A DNA stretch of 20,000 nt from IMG/VR virus record IMGVR_UViG_3300044858_002734; one strand, given 5' to 3'. Positions 7,802 through 16,295 of this stretch are shown here, piece after piece. Each line of letters starts with the position of its first letter. Positions within the stretch are counted from its first letter, which is position 1. The DNA is from an uncultured virus (IMG/VR IMGVR_UViG_3300044858_002734). Lineage: Duplodnaviria > Heunggongvirae > Uroviricota > Caudoviricetes. The notes under the pieces are model-generated. The model was given only the letters and a program-made list of their open reading frames with translations, made no database searches and had not been told where the DNA came from. The position numbers and the translations under genes were made by a program.

Positions 7802-8674
7802 TTACATATCGTTTGCACTACGAAACCCAAGAAACACAGGAAAGCGGGGCTTGTCCTTTTCCCCTGACTTCTGACTCTTATACTTAATTAACGACCCTCG
7901 CAAGGCGACCTTGTTATTCCAAATTTCTTTTCGTGTTTCATCATTAAACCCTGTGCCAACTTCAAATTCAACACCCGATTTAATGTCCCGTACCTCTAAT
8001 GCCCCTAGCGTATCCATCGGCACCATGTTTTCCTTATGGCTAGACCGTTCAGTACGTCCAAAGGCATCCTTAGTAGCTTCATTGCCATTGTGCATACGCT
8101 CTACAAATCCAAGGATAATAGCCTCGGAATCTGTAAACCGCTTGACTTTAAGCAAATACCCTTCCCGCACAGTGGATCGCCCAAACTTGTAAGGGCCATT
8201 ACCTGTACGCACCATGACACCTTCATATCCTAGTGCAAGCATATCAGTTTCATACGCAAGCAACTCCGTTTCATTGCGGATAGTCACAGGGTACAATGGC
8301 ATGATAATGTCATTACCACCTCCAACACATCCACGCATAAGGGTCATCCTGTCCTGATACCCTAGCGGACTAAACAGGTCAAACATGCAGTACACAAAGT
8401 CAGGCGTACCAGTTTCACGCATTACAGCGGAAGTAACCTCATGGAACGCCATAGTGTTACGTAGGCAAATCTCACCATCTGCCCCTTCCGGCAATTCCCG
8501 TTCAAGTGTTTCCCTGATATGGTTATTCGGGATAGGCTTAAAGTTACGGCTGACAATAGAGCCATTAACCTTCATACAGCGGATGCCATCCAGTTTAGGG
8601 GTAGCATACACCGGGTACTGCAACTTAGCAGTATCCCCACAATCAACAGCCAACATAGGTTTTTGAATAGTCAT
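7802..8674 (-). CDS. ATP-dependent DNA ligase, minimal type (about 290 aa)
   Basis: KPMLA start, motif I TPKLDGIR, DGEI (III), FD (IIIa), YEGVMVR (IV), LLKVK (V), VGTGF, PRFPVFLGFR (VI); ATG 8674 just after upstream stop. Confidence 0.93.
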   Translation of the reverse strand: MTIQKPMLAVDCGDTAKLQYPVYATPKLDGIRCMKVNGSIVSRNFKPIPNNHIRETLERELPEGADGEICLRNTMAFHEVTSAVMRETGTPDFVYCMFDLFSPLGYQDRMTLMRGCVGGGNDIIMPLYPVTIRNETELLAYETDMLALGYEGVMVRTGNGPYKFGRSTVREGYLLKVKRFTDSEAIILGFVERMHNGNEATKDAFGRTERSSHKENMVPMDTLGALEVRDIKSGVEFEVGTGFNDETRKEIWNNKVALRGSLIKYKSQKSGEKDKPRFPVFLGFRSANDM

Positions 8675-8676
8675 AA

Positions 8677-8928
8677 TTATTTTCCCTTTTGAACCTGCAA
8701 CTCTACAATCTTGTCCGCAATAGTCTTTGCCAATGTTCTCATGCACATTTGGCATACCTCATTAGCAGCGTAACAGTTATATTGAAATTTGCCATCCTTT
8801 GTAATTGCCTGCATAGGATTTTGACAAGAGCAGTTTGTTTCAATAAGAATACGTTGCGGGGTGTCCTCCCATGTCTGATTTTCAAACTTTCGGCCACATA
8901 TATCACAAAACAATGTAGTCTGTTGCAT
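8677..8928 (-). CDS. Small zinc-binding protein (83 aa)
   Basis: CDICG...VCQMC; GAGG RBS. Confidence 0.7.
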   Translation of the reverse strand: MQQTTLFCDICGRKFENQTWEDTPQRILIETNCSCQNPMQAITKDGKFQYNCYAANEVCQMCMRTLAKTIADKIVELQVQKGK

Positions 8929-8935
8929 AATTACC

Positions 8936-9157
8936 TCACTTCTCGCCGTCTAAACCACGCCAAATGTAAACATCTGCATCAATAACAGTATCTGCACCGA
9001 TAAACTTAGCATCATGCGGGATACCGTCACAAGCGATCCAATCACGCAGGATAATAGCTTCATCGGCTAGTTCATCATTCGCCCTGATATGCATTTCAAT
9101 ATACTGCTTAGTAACCTTATCGGTAAAGGCATCCGTTTCAGTTTGATAGATAATCAT
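8936..9157 (-). CDS. Hypothetical protein (73 aa)
   Basis: ATGA coupling. Confidence 0.65.
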   Translation of the reverse strand: MIIYQTETDAFTDKVTKQYIEMHIRANDELADEAIILRDWIACDGIPHDAKFIGADTVIDADVYIWRGLDGEK

Positions 9158-9402
9158 CCGGTCACCTTCTTTACAAGTTGTTTAAACTGACTATAACCAA
9201 GACTCCCCGCGAACTTAGTTTCATCACACGAAATACCCAGTAGATATATCATATCATCAATGAAAATATCTTCTTTCACAGTAACATGATTTGGGTCACT
9301 AACATACGATGCCAAATGCTTTTGCAGTCTGGCAACGGCGTTAATATGTTTTACCTGATTTGCTTGTTCTGTCATAGTACCCTTTACAGTTGGTTTACCC
9401 AT
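9154..9402 (-). CDS. Hypothetical protein (start uncertain)
   Basis: Tiles array; internal ATG alternative. Confidence 0.65.
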   Translation of the reverse strand: MGKPTVKGTMTEQANQVKHINAVARLQKHLASYVSDPNHVTVKEDIFIDDMIYLLGISCDETKFAGSLGYSQFKQLVKKVTG

Positions 9403-9908
9403 TCACGAATAACTTTGCTAATCACACGCCACTCATTATTGTTTTTCAGTACATTTTCCTTACGCAGTGCATCCTTTGTTTTCTTAATCAACTTTTCCTG
9501 ATGTTCCCCGCCTGTTGCGTTCATCTTATTATCTAAGACAAACTGCACTACCTCCCTAGCCTTCTTAGGCAATACTTCAAGTTCGGTATAAAACTTAATT
9601 TCACAGTAAACAGGGATAGTAGTCATATAGTTATCAAATACGGTTTCATCATGTCCAAAATAAGCAGGCACTTGGTCTGGTTTGCGGTTTCGGTTCTTGC
9701 GTAAGTCCCTAAACCTGTTTACTGCACAATGTACCCACATACGGGCGCGGTCATCAGGAGTAGGGAAGTGGCGGTCAACTACAGTATTGTAACTATCTGC
9801 TACCGCATCCGCAATCATGTTAGGGTCATTATGGTACTGGTGATATTTAGCCAGTACCCCCATAACCCGCAGGCTTATGTTTTGTAACTCTTTTTGTGTT
9901 AGTTTCAT
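9384..9908 (-). CDS. ECF sigma70-like protein with atypical C-terminus
   Basis: Region-2-like ADAVADSY...WVHCAVNRFRDLRKNRNRK; region-4.1-like LEVLPKKAREVV; no canonical region 4.2 HTH visible. Confidence 0.55.
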   Translation of the reverse strand: MKLTQKELQNISLRVMGVLAKYHQYHNDPNMIADAVADSYNTVVDRHFPTPDDRARMWVHCAVNRFRDLRKNRNRKPDQVPAYFGHDETVFDNYMTTIPVYCEIKFYTELEVLPKKAREVVQFVLDNKMNATGGEHQEKLIKKTKDALRKENVLKNNNEWRVISKVIREWVNQL

Positions 9909-10132
9909 TTTCTTCCTATAGATTTATCTGATTTACACTCAACACATTCACAGCACATTACTCCTTGTTTCCATGCCATATTCCGCGTATTCTCATGAAT
10001 AGTATGACAATTTCCCATAGGGTCACCTGTCCATTTCCATCCTGATTTTAGTGCTATCCAATAGCCCTCCCCACCCATATCAGGATGTCCCTCATCCCAT
10101 TCCTCGCGGATATGTTTTCTCTTTAGTTTCAT
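9905..10132 (-). CDS. Hypothetical Cys/Trp-rich phage protein (75 aa)
   Basis: CHTIHE...CECVEC; ATGA coupling. Confidence 0.7.
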   Translation of the reverse strand: MKLKRKHIREEWDEGHPDMGGEGYWIALKSGWKWTGDPMGNCHTIHENTRNMAWKQGVMCCECVECKSDKSIGRK

Positions 10133-10383
10133 ACAATTATGTTATCCTTCATAAACTGTGTTACCTGTTCTTTTTGCTTAGATACCCTACGTTTATACAA
10201 CTCAACAGCAAGTTTACCCTGCTTATTGAGTTCAGCCATATACTCATCCTTTTCATCAAAGTCAGGCACAGCACACTTGTAATGAATGAGTAGCAGTATA
10301 GCTGCTAGGTTTTCTATATGGTGATCTGTAAGGTTATTCAGTAAGGCTACTGAATCAAGTGCCCGCCGCAGTTCTGGTTTCAT
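10129..10383 (-). CDS. Hypothetical protein (84 aa)
   Basis: Tiles array. Confidence 0.65.
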   Translation of the reverse strand: MKPELRRALDSVALLNNLTDHHIENLAAILLLIHYKCAVPDFDEKDEYMAELNKQGKLAVELYKRRVSKQKEQVTQFMKDNIIV

Positions 10384-10855
10384 CTAAAAGCCTTTCATCA
10401 TCAAACCGTTTCCAACACAGTTCCTTAGTAGTAAAATGTGGGCAGCGTGAGAATGTATACCCTAGCGCGGAAAAACACTCATCCCATTGCGGTTTAAGTT
10501 TGTAGTCTGCGGATTGGTAGAACCAACTAGGGCAGGTATGCTTACGGTCTTCTGTGCCGGGGCCAAATGGCAAACCTGCTGCCCATTGCGCTACCGGGAT
10601 ACCACCAAAGTCCACCAACTTACAGGTTTCACCTTCACCAATACAGATACCGGGATTAACCCTATACACTCGTTTAACATCAGGATTATGCAACCGCCCT
10701 AGAAAAACCTCATACTCGTGCTTATACTTGAAGCATCCAGTACCTTGGCACTTATTACAAACCACCGCAGCCCCATCACGTTCGCCCATGCCAATAAACA
10801 AACCAGTACCCTTGCAACTAGGACACTTTTCATTTAACTCAATAACATTTTTCAT
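10355..10855 (-). CDS. Protein with DnaJ-type CxxCxGxG zinc finger
   Basis: CPSCKGTG and CNKCQGTG, plus further C-terminal Cys; no J domain. Confidence 0.75.
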   Translation of the reverse strand: MKNVIELNEKCPSCKGTGLFIGMGERDGAAVVCNKCQGTGCFKYKHEYEVFLGRLHNPDVKRVYRVNPGICIGEGETCKLVDFGGIPVAQWAAGLPFGPGTEDRKHTCPSWFYQSADYKLKPQWDECFSALGYTFSRCPHFTTKELCWKRFDDERLLDETRTAAGT

Positions 10856-10858
10856 ACC

Positions 10859-11278
10859 TTATTCCTCCATTGCCTTTCTGCATCGTTCAATATACCAAGC
10901 TGGTGCTTTCCCATTAGGCATCATCCAACGCCCACACAGTTCAACATCAGTCATTTTAGGCCAGCGTTTAATCCAAAAGCCATAAAAGATATATGCCATT
11001 TCTTTTGACTTAACAGGGCAGAACCTGTCCTGCAACGTATACCGTTTATCTGACTTTTGCAGTGTAAGTATACGATTTATTTCCTTTACTTGGATTGGTT
11101 TAATTTGTAGGATACCGACCTCATCGCCGTTTACTGCGCTTGCGATACCCCTAGATTCGACTTGTACCAGTGCCCCTATCACCTTATCAAGATCGGCACT
11201 AAACGCGATTGTAGGGCATAGCAAGGCGATTGCAAGCAAGGTTTTACCGCTCATCGGTTGACCATAGATACTTTTCAT
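10859..11278 (-). CDS. Lysozyme-like / lytic transglycosylase-like protein with signal peptide
   Basis: KTLLAIALLCPTIAFSA signal-like segment; ALVQVES (catalytic Glu candidate), GILQI; ATGA-coupled start at 11278. Confidence 0.7.
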   Translation of the reverse strand: MKSIYGQPMSGKTLLAIALLCPTIAFSADLDKVIGALVQVESRGIASAVNGDEVGILQIKPIQVKEINRILTLQKSDKRYTLQDRFCPVKSKEMAYIFYGFWIKRWPKMTDVELCGRWMMPNGKAPAWYIERCRKAMEE

Positions 11279-11880
11279 TCGTTCCACTCCCAGATACGGA
11301 TAAGGTTTTCAGGACTAAAGATACCTACATCCCTATACTCATAGATAGGCAGTTTATTTGCTATTTTCATAGGCACACAGCATTGCAGGGCAATAACGAT
11401 AAACCTAATAGGCGGCGTATCAGCATACCTCTTAACTGTGTACAATACCGTATCTAGTTCCACATGGGAATGACAGGACATAATAACAACTGTAGGTGCA
11501 TACCCAAACTCACATTGTTCAATCTTCTTAGTATGCAATGTCAGCCGTTCAATACCATGTTCACGTTGCCGCATTGCAGGATCAACGGAGTGTACCGTCC
11601 ATCGTGTACGGTATGCTGCCAGTGCCCCTACACGCGGACTGACACCATCACCCGGCACAATACACAGCACATTAGGGTCACCCATAATACTAGGGTAAAC
11701 ATCATGCACCTTCCTGATACCAGAGAACACTCCCATAGCCTCAGTGATCTCTTTGCTATCAGGGTAAAACTTGATAATCTCTGGCATACATTTAAGACTC
11801 AGAAACTCGTCAATATGCCTAGTACTGAACGGCAGTTCTAGCATAAATGTACGGTCAATCTTGGTTTTGATTAGTGCCAT
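11275..11880 (-). CDS. Class I SAM-dependent methyltransferase-like protein
   Basis: Gly-rich motif LCIVPGDGVSPRVG followed by strand ending in acidic residue (VHSVDP); no DNA-MTase DPPY or PCQ motif. Confidence 0.55.
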   Translation of the reverse strand: MALIKTKIDRTFMLELPFSTRHIDEFLSLKCMPEIIKFYPDSKEITEAMGVFSGIRKVHDVYPSIMGDPNVLCIVPGDGVSPRVGALAAYRTRWTVHSVDPAMRQREHGIERLTLHTKKIEQCEFGYAPTVVIMSCHSHVELDTVLYTVKRYADTPPIRFIVIALQCCVPMKIANKLPIYEYRDVGIFSPENLIRIWEWNE

Positions 11881-11881
11881 A

Positions 11882-12367
11882 CTATCCTTTCATCAGTTTG
11901 GTTACTGCCCCTTTGAAGTTATTAAGGGTATGCACAATAGTCCACCTAACTTCACCTGCACCAGCGATGAGTGCTTTAGTACTTTTAGGGTGGTACTCAA
12001 ATTGAAACTGTGCATCAAGTATACAGAAACTTCCCCTAATATAATCATGCTCTGTAAACATTTTACTATGTGACCGAGTAGCAATCCACTCAAGTACCCC
12101 CAGTAGTTTATTTACGGGCTTAGCCCTGCGAATACACTTAGTTTTCGCTGTAACGAACCCCACAATATCGTATTGCTTAATATCATCGGTTGTTGCGGTG
12201 AGCATAAACATCCCATTATCAGCATAGGTGTAAATCCCATCGCTTACAACATAACGGAGTCGGTGCGGGTATCTGTCCTGACAACCTGCCGTGTCAACAT
12301 ACTCATAAACGCGACCACAAGCCGCCTGTACAAAATCGCCTGCCTTACACTTTGTCATGTCAAACAT
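11882..12367 (-). CDS. Hypothetical protein, paralog family B (MFDxxxC domain + C-terminal domain)
   Basis: Aligns with 14267-14491 and 15787-16284. Confidence 0.8.
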   Translation of the reverse strand: MFDMTKCKAGDFVQAACGRVYEYVDTAGCQDRYPHRLRYVVSDGIYTYADNGMFMLTATTDDIKQYDIVGFVTAKTKCIRRAKPVNKLLGVLEWIATRSHSKMFTEHDYIRGSFCILDAQFQFEYHPKSTKALIAGAGEVRWTIVHTLNNFKGAVTKLMKG

Positions 12368-12369
12368 AA

Positions 12370-12612
12370 CTACTCCTTAACTACGGTAACAAGATAATCA
12401 ACACAGTAATGCGGTAGAGAGTTGCCATCCCACAGGATTTTAAGCCCCCGGTCAGTGACTTCTTCAACAGTACCGCGTTTAGCTTTCATGGTTTCGTATT
12501 CTGCTTTTGCACGGGACTTATCAGAATCCCGCCATGCAGTCAACCGTGCGTTACGATAAGTCTGCAAGTAATAGTCAGACCACCTAACTCGCGCACCAAT
12601 CTGTATACTCAT
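12370..12612 (-). CDS. Hypothetical protein (80 aa, MSIQIGARVRW...), possible SH3/KOW-like fold
   Basis: AGGAGG RBS before ATG 12612. Confidence 0.7.
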   Translation of the reverse strand: MSIQIGARVRWSDYYLQTYRNARLTAWRDSDKSRAKAEYETMKAKRGTVEEVTDRGLKILWDGNSLPHYCVDYLVTVVKE

Positions 12613-12622
12613 TGTATACCTC

Positions 12623-12808
12623 CTAACTGCAATTAGGGCAACAGCCCATTGCCAGAAACGTACCACAGGAACACTTAGGCCAGCGTGGTTCAGGGGTAGG
12701 AACCTTCTTAGCCTCCTTCAACCTCCGTTTGTATGCCCCTATCTTGCCTAGTTCAGAGTAACTAAGGCCAGTACTTTCACGCAGATATGTAACATATCGG
12801 TCTATCAT
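12623..12808 (-). CDS. Small protein with C-terminal zinc ribbon (61 aa, MIDRYV...)
   Basis: AAGGAG RBS, ATGA coupling; CSCG...CCPNC. Confidence 0.65.
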   Translation of the reverse strand: MIDRYVTYLRESTGLSYSELGKIGAYKRRLKEAKKVPTPEPRWPKCSCGTFLAMGCCPNCS

Positions 12809-12957
12809 ACTTTCTCCTTGTGACTGTTGCTTAGGCAAACCATTATAGCTGAACAAAATATCCAAAATACATTAGCTAACGTCTGCTCCAGTCCGACAGG
12901 TGGCACTACTGTATTATTCATACAGATCATAGCCACCACTAATTGCCAGCTTTTCAT
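12805..12957 (-). CDS. Small hydrophobic protein (50 aa, MKSWQLVVAM...), not in ORF track
   Basis: ATGA-coupled at both ends; AAGGAG RBS. Confidence 0.6.
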   Translation of the reverse strand: MKSWQLVVAMICMNNTVVPPVGLEQTLANVFWIFCSAIMVCLSNSHKEKV

Positions 12958-14087
12958 ACTTTCTCCTTAATTTTAATCACGTCACCATAATCAGGTTTCA
13001 TACTACTACCGTATGTATCACACCATACAACAGGGATAACAGGTCTAGGGGGGAAACACATACACATATCTGTTACACATACAATCAACTTTGCACCATC
13101 AGTAATTGCACGCGCAAAGGCAGATCGCATACATGTACCACCACCTCCTACAAACCCCATCTTTTCGATTTCAGCAATATCACTTTCAGTCTTAACCTCC
13201 TTAGTGTACTGTACATCGGTATCGGCCATAATTACTTGCAAGGATGCCCCACTATAACAACGGATGATACCAAAAGCCTCAGCCAACACTTTGTACTTCA
13301 GTTCTGTCATGCTACCTGACGTATCAAGTATAATGGCAGTCCTGCATAACCCTTTATCTTTAACGTGGCTAGGCAGGATAAACTCTGAATCACGCCTAGA
13401 CTCACGTGAGAAACTGCGCTTCCGTTTACTAACATTAGCGGTCAGATACTGTTTAAGTACCGTGCGCCAGTCAACTGTAGGTGGTGCTACTAACTGGTCA
13501 AGCAGCCCCTTAATCACGTTAGTAGACCGCTTACCAATAGTTTGCTGCCCCGCAGATGCTATCGAAACAGATACCTCCTGTAGCTGGTCAATTTCGGATG
13601 ATTCGTTAGATGGTATCAGGTCACTTTCCGCATCTGATACATCAGTGTTATCTGCTTCCAACTTGTTATAGTACCACTCCATTGTTTTACCATGAGGGAA
13701 ATCATAGTATTTACCCTCACCGGGTATGCAGCCATTCCTGTTTTTAAGGCACTCCCCTTGTTCAAGCAGGATACTGTTTACCGCCAAGTCAGCAGCTACG
13801 TTAGCGCGTTTCTGCTGTGTTTCCCCGTGCTGTGACAACTCCTTAATGCGCTTGCAATGCAGCATCCACTTATGCAGGACTTCGTGCATCACAATAAACT
13901 GTAGGTCTGCTAGGCAAGTATCAATACAGAACTTATCGCAGTAGTACAGCTTAACGCCATCAGTTGCCATAGTCTCTATCTTACTATCCTCAACCCGCTC
14001 CATGTTAAACAATGCAGTTGCATAAACAGGGCGGGTCTTACGGATATTATCAATAGCTTGGCACAGTCTTTGATACCCTTGTTTCAT
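12954..14087 (-). CDS. HExxH metallopeptidase-like + VWA domain protein (DUF2201-like)
   Basis: TMATDG..LYY, MHEVLH, ANVAADLAVN; VDWRTVL; MIDAS LDTSGSM, GGGGT, VTD. Confidence 0.88.
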   Translation of the reverse strand: MKQGYQRLCQAIDNIRKTRPVYATALFNMERVEDSKIETMATDGVKLYYCDKFCIDTCLADLQFIVMHEVLHKWMLHCKRIKELSQHGETQQKRANVAADLAVNSILLEQGECLKNRNGCIPGEGKYYDFPHGKTMEWYYNKLEADNTDVSDAESDLIPSNESSEIDQLQEVSVSIASAGQQTIGKRSTNVIKGLLDQLVAPPTVDWRTVLKQYLTANVSKRKRSFSRESRRDSEFILPSHVKDKGLCRTAIILDTSGSMTELKYKVLAEAFGIIRCYSGASLQVIMADTDVQYTKEVKTESDIAEIEKMGFVGGGGTCMRSAFARAITDGAKLIVCVTDMCMCFPPRPVIPVVWCDTYGSSMKPDYGDVIKIKEKV

Positions 14088-14093
14088 AGAACC

Positions 14094-14270
14094 TCAGCAA
14101 AGGTCTTTAAATGTGGCAACCGCCCAACTACAGAACCCACCCCACACTACGGAAATACCTGCAGTAAGGGCTAGGCTATACCCACGAGCAAAGTCACCAC
14201 CTCCCAACCAATAGAGGCTAAAAACAGTCCCCATACCAAACATAAACCCAATAATCAGCAGTGCCTTCAT
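14094..14270 (-). CDS. Small two-TM membrane protein (58 aa, MKALLIIGFM...), not in ORF track
   Basis: Two hydrophobic segments around WLGGGDFARG; GGAG RBS, ATGA coupling. Confidence 0.65.
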   Translation of the reverse strand: MKALLIIGFMFGMGTVFSLYWLGGGDFARGYSLALTAGISVVWGGFCSWAVATFKDLC

Positions 14271-14491
14271 ACATTAGCTCCGTTATCCGCTAGCCCCATA
14301 ATATCAAATTTGGCACAGCAGTTACTACCCGGCCAGAATACCCCATTGGCTGCATAATGGAATATATAACTATCCTGTTTCAGTCTGTGGGGCCAGCGTG
14401 GATTTTCACCCTGATTATCAAGATACTCATAAACGTCACCATGACGGGATACCAGTACAGTACCTGCTTTACAGTTTGTAAGATCAAACAT
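14267..14491 (-). CDS. Paralog family B, stand-alone N-terminal domain (74 aa)
   Basis: MFDLTNCKAG...VYEY...PHRL...NG.F...DIMG. Confidence 0.8.
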   Translation of the reverse strand: MFDLTNCKAGTVLVSRHGDVYEYLDNQGENPRWPHRLKQDSYIFHYAANGVFWPGSNCCAKFDIMGLADNGANV

Positions 14492-14493
14492 AA

Positions 14494-15591
14494 TTACCTC
14501 CGTGCAATATGCCGTTGAAATTCAGGGTTGGTAACAATACTCGGTACTGTATCACCAATCCTATCCATAAACATTCTAGCCCATTCCTGATTATCAATCC
14601 GCTTGATATACCGCAGTACCCCAACCGCTTTATTGTTCCTGTCACTATCATTCTGCAGGATGTTACAAACCGCCTGCACAAGATAATTGATAATCGTGTA
14701 ACTAGGGATTTTAGCAGTATCAGGGTGTGCAATCACATCCTCTGGGTTTGTGTCTTTGAGCATCTGCTCATTGACAATGTACTGCGCTGCCGCCTGTGCA
14801 CCAATCACACCAGCAATACAAGCAGGGTATACATCGTTGATTTCCAGTGTTCCTTTCTTATTAATCTGGTCGCGTGCCAGTGTAATCATACCTGCCATGT
14901 CCAATGTACGGGGCGTGCAGACAGCCAACTCCGTAAACTCATTGGTACTAGCAATCAGATTACCTGATACACGGTGAAACATCTTAACCACTTCAGGAAT
15001 ACCGTTAGCAGTAGCCCACTTCTCGTATGATGCATATCCATCTCCTGAATTGCGGGATACAAACAGGCTACAGACACGGGTACGAATAGCCTGACTAAGT
15101 GGAGTAGTGTAGGTATCTGCTGACCCGTTAAGTGCCAGCACTACATAGGCATTGCTACTCAAGCTGTGTCCATGAAAATCATCCCCATAGACGAGCGGCA
15201 TACTGGCATTTTGATTGTCAGTAGGTGCTCTATCAAACTCGTCTAAGAAGATCACACCCATGTCCTCACAGTCAAAGGGCAAGCAGTCAAGCATGTAATG
15301 GACTAGCTTTTTAGTAGTCTCATCTTTAGCTGCATAACCACCTAAGTCCTCTGGCAGGATGTGGCTCATACGCACAGACCACAGCTTAGTGACCTTGTTG
15401 ACAGATGCAGCCTTGCTGGACAAGTCCTTATAGAAGGCGCGTACTGCATCCGTCTTACCACACCCGGTATCACCTACCAATGCAGTAGGGATACGCAGGG
15501 TGAGGTTCATGGACTTTGCAATCAGTGTTGCAGTCCAGTTCAGAACAAGTGCTCGCTGGCATTGCTCCGGTGATAGAAACTGAATGTTCAT
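14494..15591 (-). CDS. MoxR-like AAA+ ATPase
   Basis: Walker A GDTGCGKT, PEDLGG, Walker B IFLDEFDRA, QNA, sensor LALN, AIRTR, TPRT; AGGAG RBS before ATG 15591. Confidence 0.88.
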   Translation of the reverse strand: MNIQFLSPEQCQRALVLNWTATLIAKSMNLTLRIPTALVGDTGCGKTDAVRAFYKDLSSKAASVNKVTKLWSVRMSHILPEDLGGYAAKDETTKKLVHYMLDCLPFDCEDMGVIFLDEFDRAPTDNQNASMPLVYGDDFHGHSLSSNAYVVLALNGSADTYTTPLSQAIRTRVCSLFVSRNSGDGYASYEKWATANGIPEVVKMFHRVSGNLIASTNEFTELAVCTPRTLDMAGMITLARDQINKKGTLEINDVYPACIAGVIGAQAAAQYIVNEQMLKDTNPEDVIAHPDTAKIPSYTIINYLVQAVCNILQNDSDRNNKAVGVLRYIKRIDNQEWARMFMDRIGDTVPSIVTNPEFQRHIARR

Positions 15592-15599
15592 GGGTTCTC

Positions 15600-15785
15600 C
15601 TATGGGCACTCTGGCATAACATTTGTCTGTAAGACCTTAAACGCGATACCCATAGGAATCTCGTCATAGTCTACTACAGCAACCTTGCCCTTTTCTGGGC
15701 CTTCTACAATCTGTATTCTGATAGGGAAGTATGTATCCCCTTTAACCAACACGTCTAGTCTGCGTTCAAACTTTTCCGTTGTCAT
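15600..15785 (-). CDS. Hypothetical protein (61 aa)
   Basis: AAAGGA RBS; tiles array. Confidence 0.65.
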   Translation of the reverse strand: MTTEKFERRLDVLVKGDTYFPIRIQIVEGPEKGKVAVVDYDEIPMGIAFKVLQTNVMPECP

Positions 15786-15786
15786 T

Positions 15787-16284
15787 TTATCCTTTCAGCA
15801 GTTTGGTTACTGCACCTTTGAAGTTGTTGAGGGTAGTAACACCGTGACATACTCGGTCTCGTGAATAGCCAATATAGATATAGGCGCGAGCACCACCCAT
15901 ATAATGAGGATAATACCCGAATCCAATCTTTTTACTGCCATTCCTAATAGTACCAATAATACACCGACCCCCTACCTGCACTTTAACATCATAAATACTA
16001 GATAACCACTCACAGAGACCAGCCAGCTTATTAACAGGCTTAGCCTTACGAATACGCACTCTCTTAAGTTTAGCAGCAAATCCTACAATATCCCATTTGT
16101 GTTTATGGTCAGTTGACATAAACCGACCATCATCCATGTAACAAAAGGTACCCGCTCTATCACTTACTGCATGTGGATAGGTGATAGTAGTTTTACTCCC
16201 AATATCCCTGCCTACATAGCAGCACACATTACCATCTCTGTCAATAAGTTTATCCCCGACTCTACATTTATTCAGGTCAAACAT
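15787..16284 (-). CDS. Hypothetical protein, paralog family B
   Basis: GGAGG RBS before MFDLNKC; shares AKPVNKLxGxxEW and TLNNFKGAVTKLxKG with 11882-12367. Confidence 0.8.
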   Translation of the reverse strand: MFDLNKCRVGDKLIDRDGNVCCYVGRDIGSKTTITYPHAVSDRAGTFCYMDDGRFMSTDHKHKWDIVGFAAKLKRVRIRKAKPVNKLAGLCEWLSSIYDVKVQVGGRCIIGTIRNGSKKIGFGYYPHYMGGARAYIYIGYSRDRVCHGVTTLNNFKGAVTKLLKG

Positions 16285-16295
16285 AACTACCTCCA

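Noticed and set aside
8675..8755. N-terminal extension of the ligase in the ORF track
   Set aside because: Overlaps ORF 8677-8928; ligase motifs begin at MTIQKPMLA (8674)
10355..10855. DnaJ chaperone
   Set aside because: Only two CxxCxGxG motifs and no HPD-containing J domain
11884..15835. Diversity-generating retroelement TR/VR pair between family-B 3' ends
   Set aside because: Differences are not adenine-specific, the match is short, and no reverse transcriptase is in the window
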